Assembly: GCA_943326655.2 (NCBI GenBank)
Contig: CALPUC020000001.1
Coordinates: 1 to 32,378, forward strand
DNA: 32,378 nucleotides
Reading direction: 5' to 3'
Source of the DNA: Rhodoluna limnophila
GTDB taxonomy: Bacteria > Actinomycetota > Actinomycetes > Actinomycetales > Microbacteriaceae
The notes beneath the pieces are model-generated. The model was given only the letters and a program-made list of their open reading frames with translations, did no database searches and was not told where the DNA came from. The translations under genes and the position numbers were made by a program. This document shows positions 27,682 to 32,378 of the stretch, piece by piece (the stretch's first letter is position 1; each line of letters starts with the position of its first letter).

Positions 27682-30600
27682 ATGCGAGTTGCCCAGCGGT
27701 ATTTCACTGCTCTACTCGCTCTACTTGCCCTATTTTTAGGCCAATTTCCGGTGGCTAGCCTCCCAGCCGCCGCGGCCGAACCGCCTCAGAGTGAACCTAC
27801 GGTTTCTACCCCGACCACTATTGACCCGCCTAGCGAGTTACGTGTGGGTTCAACCGTGAGCCTGACCGCTGGTTCATGGGACGCGAACCCCGAAGCCAGC
27901 TACTCAAACCAATGGTTTTCATGTACTAACTTGGTGGCTGCAGCGTCGTTGACAATACCTTCTGGGTGCACTGCTATCACGGGGGCAACCGCTCAGATTC
28001 TTACAGTGTCCGGCGCTTTGAAGTCTAAGTTCTTGGTGGCAGCCGTAACCGCCACTAACTCGGTAAACCCAAGCCCTGGAGTAACCAGTTATTCCGCTAG
28101 CACCCAAACAGCTGTAACTCCGGCGCCACAGTCAACGCTTACGGTTACCGGCACCGGCGGAACTATCAAATTCACCTCAGCCGCTACCGCCACTCTGAAT
28201 ACTAAATTCGCAGTAGATCTCACCAGCTGGATTGCGGCACCCACCTACAGCTATAAGTGGTTTCGTTGCGCTGAGCCAACCGTTGCCTCGGCGAATGAGC
28301 CAACCGGTTGTTCCGTAATTGCCGCGACGACCAGCACCTACACGGTCACCGCCGCCGACGTTGGCAACTATGTGGTTCCCTATGTAACCGCCCTCAGCGG
28401 AGCCACGGTTTTGTCAACAGCGCGAATTGCTTCGCGTGCCAGCACTCTTCAGGTTCCGGTTCTCTCAAGCGCCGCCAGTGTCTCGGGAGCGCAGGTTGCA
28501 GTTGGCAAGACTTTGACCGCGCTGAACGGAACCTGGTCGGCTACCCCCGCTCCGAGCTTTACCTACCAGTGGTATTCCTGCACCACTGCGGTAGTGGCCG
28601 CGGCAACGAAGAACGCGGTGTGTTCCGTGCTTTCCGGAGAAACCCAAAATACATATGTGCCAGATGCGTCACAGGGAAACAAGTTCATTGTGGTTCAGGT
28701 GAAGGCTGCGAACTCGGCGAATGTGGGCTCTCCGGCTTCGAGCTACTCGGCGTCAACCACCAAAGTTCTCACCCCACCAAGCCTTACCTCCGCTCCTACG
28801 CTGAGTTACTCCTCGCTTGCTACAACCGGTCAGCCGGTTGCCGGAAGCACGGTTACCGCACAAAGTGGCGCCTGGGCCGGAAGCCCAGCTCCAACCAAAA
28901 CGTTCCAGTGGTATCTCTGTGACGCACCGGTTAATGCCGGCGCTCTGGTAACTCCTCCAGGATGTGATTCGCTAGCCGGATCGACCGCTGCCACGATCAC
29001 TCCGCTATCGGCTTGGCAGGGCAAATATCTAACCGTTGCCGAGATTGCCACCAACGAGGTGGCTAGTGCGCAGGCTTTTGCCGGTGCCAACGAGAGCGTT
29101 CAATCGAAGCCGGTTTTTGATAGTGATCCGAGTGTTTCCGGTGTGGTGAAGAGTGGCCAAACGGTTACCGCCAATCCAAACTGGTCGGTATTCGGGGGAG
29201 AGCCAACGGCCGAGTATCAGTGGTTCCAGTGCACCAGTGCTCAAAGTTCGGCCGTGAGTCAACCTGCCGCTTGCCGTGCCATCGCCGGCGAGAGTTCTCG
29301 AACCATGGTGGTTGGCACCGGGATGGAAGAGAACTACCTTTCGGTTCGGGTGACTTTGGTAAACCCGGCCGGGACCACCACAAGATTTAGTGCCACGACG
29401 GTAATTGTTGTCGGAGACATCGTGAACCTCACGGCGCAAAGACCGCTTTCCAGTGCCGGTCGTCTTCGGGTGGGAACTGCGGTTAGGGCTTCTGACACCA
29501 CTTGGAGTGGCTATCCGCGACCAACTTTCACCACGGCTTGGTTCCGCTGCGACGCACCGGTGTTGGCCAAGTCGTCTTCCGCACCAGCCGGCTGCACTGC
29601 CATCCCATCGGCGAACCAACTCACCTATCTACCAGTGCGAGCCGACTCAGGAAAGTATTTGAGCGTGCGAACCGTGGCCGTTCAGGGGCTAACTTTGGTG
29701 CCGGTTTGGTCTCCAACCGGCGAGCAGGTGTTTGAGGCACCGAGTTTCGATTCTCCGCCATCGGTTGGAAGCCAGCACGTGCTGGGGGGAAGTCTTTTGA
29801 ACAGTAGCGTTGGGTTGGTTCGGGGTCTTCCCGAGGTGGCTCGCACCTACGCCTGGTATCGCTGTTCCAATGTTGTCAACGGCGACTCAGACTCACTGGC
29901 TTCAGGTTGTGTTCTAATCCAGGGCGCCGTTTCCGCAACCTACGAGTTCGTTTCCGCCGATGTTGGTAAATACGTGCTTACCGCGGTGACCATAACCAAT
30001 GAACTCGGATCGGCCAGGCGCTTCACCCCGAGTTCCGCGATGGTCAACTCCGGCCCGGAGAACGTTTCCATAATTGCTCCAACTTCCGGCGCTCTCACTC
30101 TCAAGGTTGGGAATGTGGTGACCGCGAACGATGGAGTTTGGACCGCTCTGCCAGCTCCGACCTTCACCTATCAGTGGTACCGGTGCTATTGGAACCAGGC
30201 AGCTTCGGCCACGGCGCAAAACGGCTGCACAGCAATTTCTGGGGCGTCATCGAAGACCTATCTCCTTTCCATCGCCGATGCCGGTTTCTACATTTCCGTG
30301 GCTGTGCGAGCCCAAAATCCTTACTCAAGTTCTATCGTTTACTCGCCTTCAACAAGCGACGTTGGCGAGGACATTTCGTATGAAGATGAGCCGAAACTCA
30401 ATGACAGCCGAAGCAAGGGGCAAACCCTCACCACGCGGCAGTTAGAAATTCGTGGAACCCCAGCACCGGCCAAAACCTATCGCTGGCTCAGATGCGAAAA
30501 CCAAGTTATGGCCGCCTCGGCCTTCCAGCCAGCGAATTGCGCGGTGATTCCAAAGGCGGTTGGAGAAAACTACGTTCTAACTCTTAGCGATGTATCCAAG

Positions 30601-32378
30601 TACATTGCTCTTGAACTTACTCTCACCAACCGTCTGGGCAAAGTGGTTCGATTCACCGCCTCTACTTTGCAAATTCAGCAGCTACCCGAGATCACTGGCA
30701 ACCTCACCATAACCGGAAAACAGTGGCTCGGAAAAACCCTGCAAGCCGGTAGCTATGGCGTAACCGCTTTTCCTGCGGCATCCCCTTCAATTCAATGGTT
30801 CCGAGGAGACCTACCGATTGTTGGTGCGGTAACCGACACCTACGTGCTCGGCGAGCAAGACGTCAATGAAGTTATCACCTACGAAATTTCGGCTAGAAAC
30901 ACGGTTGGGTCAACCACTCGAACTAGCGCTCCCTCTGGTGTTGTGGGCCTACCTCCACGGCTGCTTCTGGGAAGTGCTCCGGTGGTTTGTGGTCTTGAGG
31001 GAGACTCAGAAGTTGGCGCCGGGGCGAGGGTTTGGGCTTGTCCTGGTTTCTGGCAAGCCGTTCCAGATGTAATCACCTATACCTATCAGTGGTACCTTTG
31101 CAAGCTTCCACACGCGGCTACTCCAAACGTTATCCACCCCGACTGCACCCTGGTAAAGAAACAAACCGGACCAGAATATCTAATCTCGTTTAAGGATGAA
31201 ACCAAATTTGTGGCCTATTCGGTAACCATATCGAACGGCACCGAAGACCGAGTTTGGTTCTCGGCCACATCGGCAAGAATTTATGTCAAGCCCAAGTATC
31301 TAACCGGAGCGAAAACTTTGTTCGCCACGGGTCAGGCGGCGAAAGACGGCTCTCCGCGTGTGGGCTACTCGATTGAGGCAAACCTCGGAACTTGGCGCGG
31401 TACCACCACCAACGTTTACTCCTATCAATGGTTTGCTTGCACAGCTGCCGTTACTCAGAGTTTGACAGTTTTGAAATCCAAGTGCGAGGAGATTTTCCGA
31501 GCCGACGGTTCAGCCAAGAGTCGCTCGCTCACAATCACCTCGGATTTGGCCGGCAAGTTCCTAGGCGTGCAGATTAAGGGTGCCTACAAGTACAACGCCG
31601 AGACGGATGATCCAGACAGCTCGAACCTCGACGAAGTGTTCACGGCCTCCACTTCGAAAGCGGTTGTGGAACCTCCGGTAAACGTAACGCCACCGAGGAT
31701 TCAGTCTCGTTACCCTTACGTTCAGGCGACTCTCACGGCCACCGAAGGAACTTGGCGTGGTACGCCGAAGCTTACCCAGAGCAAAAGCTGGTGGGTTTGC
31801 GAGGATCAAATCTTGCTACCAACCACCACCCAGCCAGCCAACTGTTCGGTTTTGCCCGCTAGCAAGGGTGACTGGAAAATCACGCTCGCTCAGAAAGACA
31901 AATTCCTAACCCAAGCGGTTACCTCTTCAAACGCCGCTGGCGAAACCACCATGTGGTCGGCTTCCACTTTTGAACCGGTAAGCACCGGTCCGGTGAACAC
32001 GGTATCGCCGGTGGTAACCGTGGTCGGCGCCAAATTCCCGAGCACTCTTAGCGACCTTTCCGTTTCCGACGGAAGTTGGGTTGGCGACCCAACTCCTGTA
32101 TTGGGCAATTACAGCTGGTTCCGGTGCGATGTGGCCGTTGCCGTTGCCTCTGAGTTCCGTGACTCTTCGTGTGCACTCATCGAACAAAACGCCTCGGGCA
32201 AAACCTATCGTCCGGTTCTGGCTGATGCCGGCAAGTTCATTGTGGCTGCGGTTACCTTCAGCAACGGGCACGACTGGGTTGCCTACTCGTCTTCAACAAC
32301 CGTTGTGAACCTGCCGCCGAACAACCTGGTGGCCCCGAGCGTTGAAGGAGATCCGTTCGTTGGTCGAGCTATCGTGTC
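27682..32378 (+). CDS. Very large secreted or surface protein of tandem Ig-like repeats (runs off the window end, >1,560 aa)
   Basis: Absent from the track because it has no stop in the window. Frame open from ATG 27682 (GGGGGA SD; TAGACT -10 at 27645-27650). Signal peptide MRVAQRYFTALLALLALFLGQFPVASLPAAAA-E, then repeats of the form G.W...P...YQWyrC...C..I.GA...Y.....D.GK. Confidence 0.9.
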   Translation, partial: MRVAQRYFTALLALLALFLGQFPVASLPAAAAEPPQSEPTVSTPTTIDPPSELRVGSTVSLTAGSWDANPEASYSNQWFSCTNLVAAASLTIPSGCTAITGATAQILTVSGALKSKFLVAAVTATNSVNPSPGVTSYSASTQTAVTPAPQSTLTVTGTGGTIKFTSAATATLNTKFAVDLTSWIAAPTYSYKWFRCAEPTVASANEPTGCSVIAATTSTYTVTAADVGNYVVPYVTALSGATVLSTARIASRASTLQVPVLSSAASVSGAQVAVGKTLTALNGTWSATPAPSFTYQWYSCTTAVVAAATKNAVCSVLSGETQNTYVPDASQGNKFIVVQVKAANSANVGSPASSYSASTTKVLTPPSLTSAPTLSYSSLATTGQPVAGSTVTAQSGAWAGSPAPTKTFQWYLCDAPVNAGALVTPPGCDSLAGSTAATITPLSAWQGKYLTVAEIATNEVASAQAFAGANESVQSKPVFDSDPSVSGVVKSGQTVTANPNWSVFGGEPTAEYQWFQCTSAQSSAVSQPAACRAIAGESSRTMVVGTGMEENYLSVRVTLVNPAGTTTRFSATTVIVVGDIVNLTAQRPLSSAGRLRVGTAVRASDTTWSGYPRPTFTTAWFRCDAPVLAKSSSAPAGCTAIPSANQLTYLPVRADSGKYLSVRTVAVQGLTLVPVWSPTGEQVFEAPSFDSPPSVGSQHVLGGSLLNSSVGLVRGLPEVARTYAWYRCSNVVNGDSDSLASGCVLIQGAVSATYEFVSADVGKYVLTAVTITNELGSARRFTPSSAMVNSGPENVSIIAPTSGALTLKVGNVVTANDGVWTALPAPTFTYQWYRCYWNQAASATAQNGCTAISGASSKTYLLSIADAGFYISVAVRAQNPYSSSIVYSPSTSDVGEDISYEDEPKLNDSRSKGQTLTTRQLEIRGTPAPAKTYRWLRCENQVMAASAFQPANCAVIPKAVGENYVLTLSDVSKYIALELTLTNRLGKVVRFTASTLQIQQLPEITGNLTITGKQWLGKTLQAGSYGVTAFPAASPSIQWFRGDLPIVGAVTDTYVLGEQDVNEVITYEISARNTVGSTTRTSAPSGVVGLPPRLLLGSAPVVCGLEGDSEVGAGARVWACPGFWQAVPDVITYTYQWYLCKLPHAATPNVIHPDCTLVKKQTGPEYLISFKDETKFVAYSVTISNGTEDRVWFSATSARIYVKPKYLTGAKTLFATGQAAKDGSPRVGYSIEANLGTWRGTTTNVYSYQWFACTAAVTQSLTVLKSKCEEIFRADGSAKSRSLTITSDLAGKFLGVQIKGAYKYNAETDDPDSSNLDEVFTASTSKAVVEPPVNVTPPRIQSRYPYVQATLTATEGTWRGTPKLTQSKSWWVCEDQILLPTTTQPANCSVLPASKGDWKITLAQKDKFLTQAVTSSNAAGETTMWSASTFEPVSTGPVNTVSPVVTVVGAKFPSTLSDLSVSDGSWVGDPTPVLGNYSWFRCDVAVAVASEFRDSSCALIEQNASGKTYRPVLADAGKFIVAAVTFSNGHDWVAYSSSTTVVNLPPNNLVAPSVEGDPFVGRAIV
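27800..32378 (+). repeat. Protein-level tandem repeat, at least 14 units of about 98-120 aa
   Basis: Conserved Trp codons at 27913, 28258, 28570, 28909, 29221, 29539, 29854, 30175, 30484, 30796, 31090, 31429, 31789 and 32116; a 15th unit begins at the window edge. Units are highly diverged at DNA level. Confidence 0.88.

Noticed and set aside
26983-27682. Functional link between the EamB-like exporter and the Cys-rich surface protein
   Set aside because: Adjacency only; the exporter's substrate cannot be assigned from sequence.
30802-30810. RGD integrin-binding tripeptide in repeat 10
   Set aside because: A single tripeptide in more than 1,500 aa is expected by chance, and there is no sign of a host-associated lifestyle.
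27919-32308. Many 60-204 aa track ORFs in the last 4.5 kb
   Set aside because: All are off-frame or antisense shadows of the single open frame starting at 27682.

Overview
Compact chromosomal segment from an actinobacterium. Gene content and order point to Microbacteriaceae, and the moderate GC by eye, tiny or overlapping gene gaps and many leaderless promoters suggest a streamlined freshwater Rhodoluna/Aquiluna-like lineage (inference). Most of the window is conserved core: O-antigen-ligase-family gene (partial) and galE; whiB2, GT2/membrane fusion, DUF5719, pseudo-zincin; ahcY-mtrA-mtrB-lpqB-comF-hpf-secA; Rv3235-like gene; a reduced SAF/CpaB plus CpaE-like module; pdtaS and whiB1; bcp; tRNA-Lys(CTT); an HSL-family esterase; class Ib nrdHIEF; a LysE exporter. 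The ORF track misses two genes that run off the edges: 1-672 (-) and a >1,560-aa secreted protein from 27682 (+) with at least 14 Ig-like repeats, 13 of them carrying a C-x13/14-C loop. The best unexplained signal lies upstream of nrdH: a ~160-nt, highly base-paired minus-strand element with its own -10 box and two mutually exclusive folds, followed by a clean H-type pseudoknot just before the nrdH start. No CRISPR array, transposase or integrase was seen.
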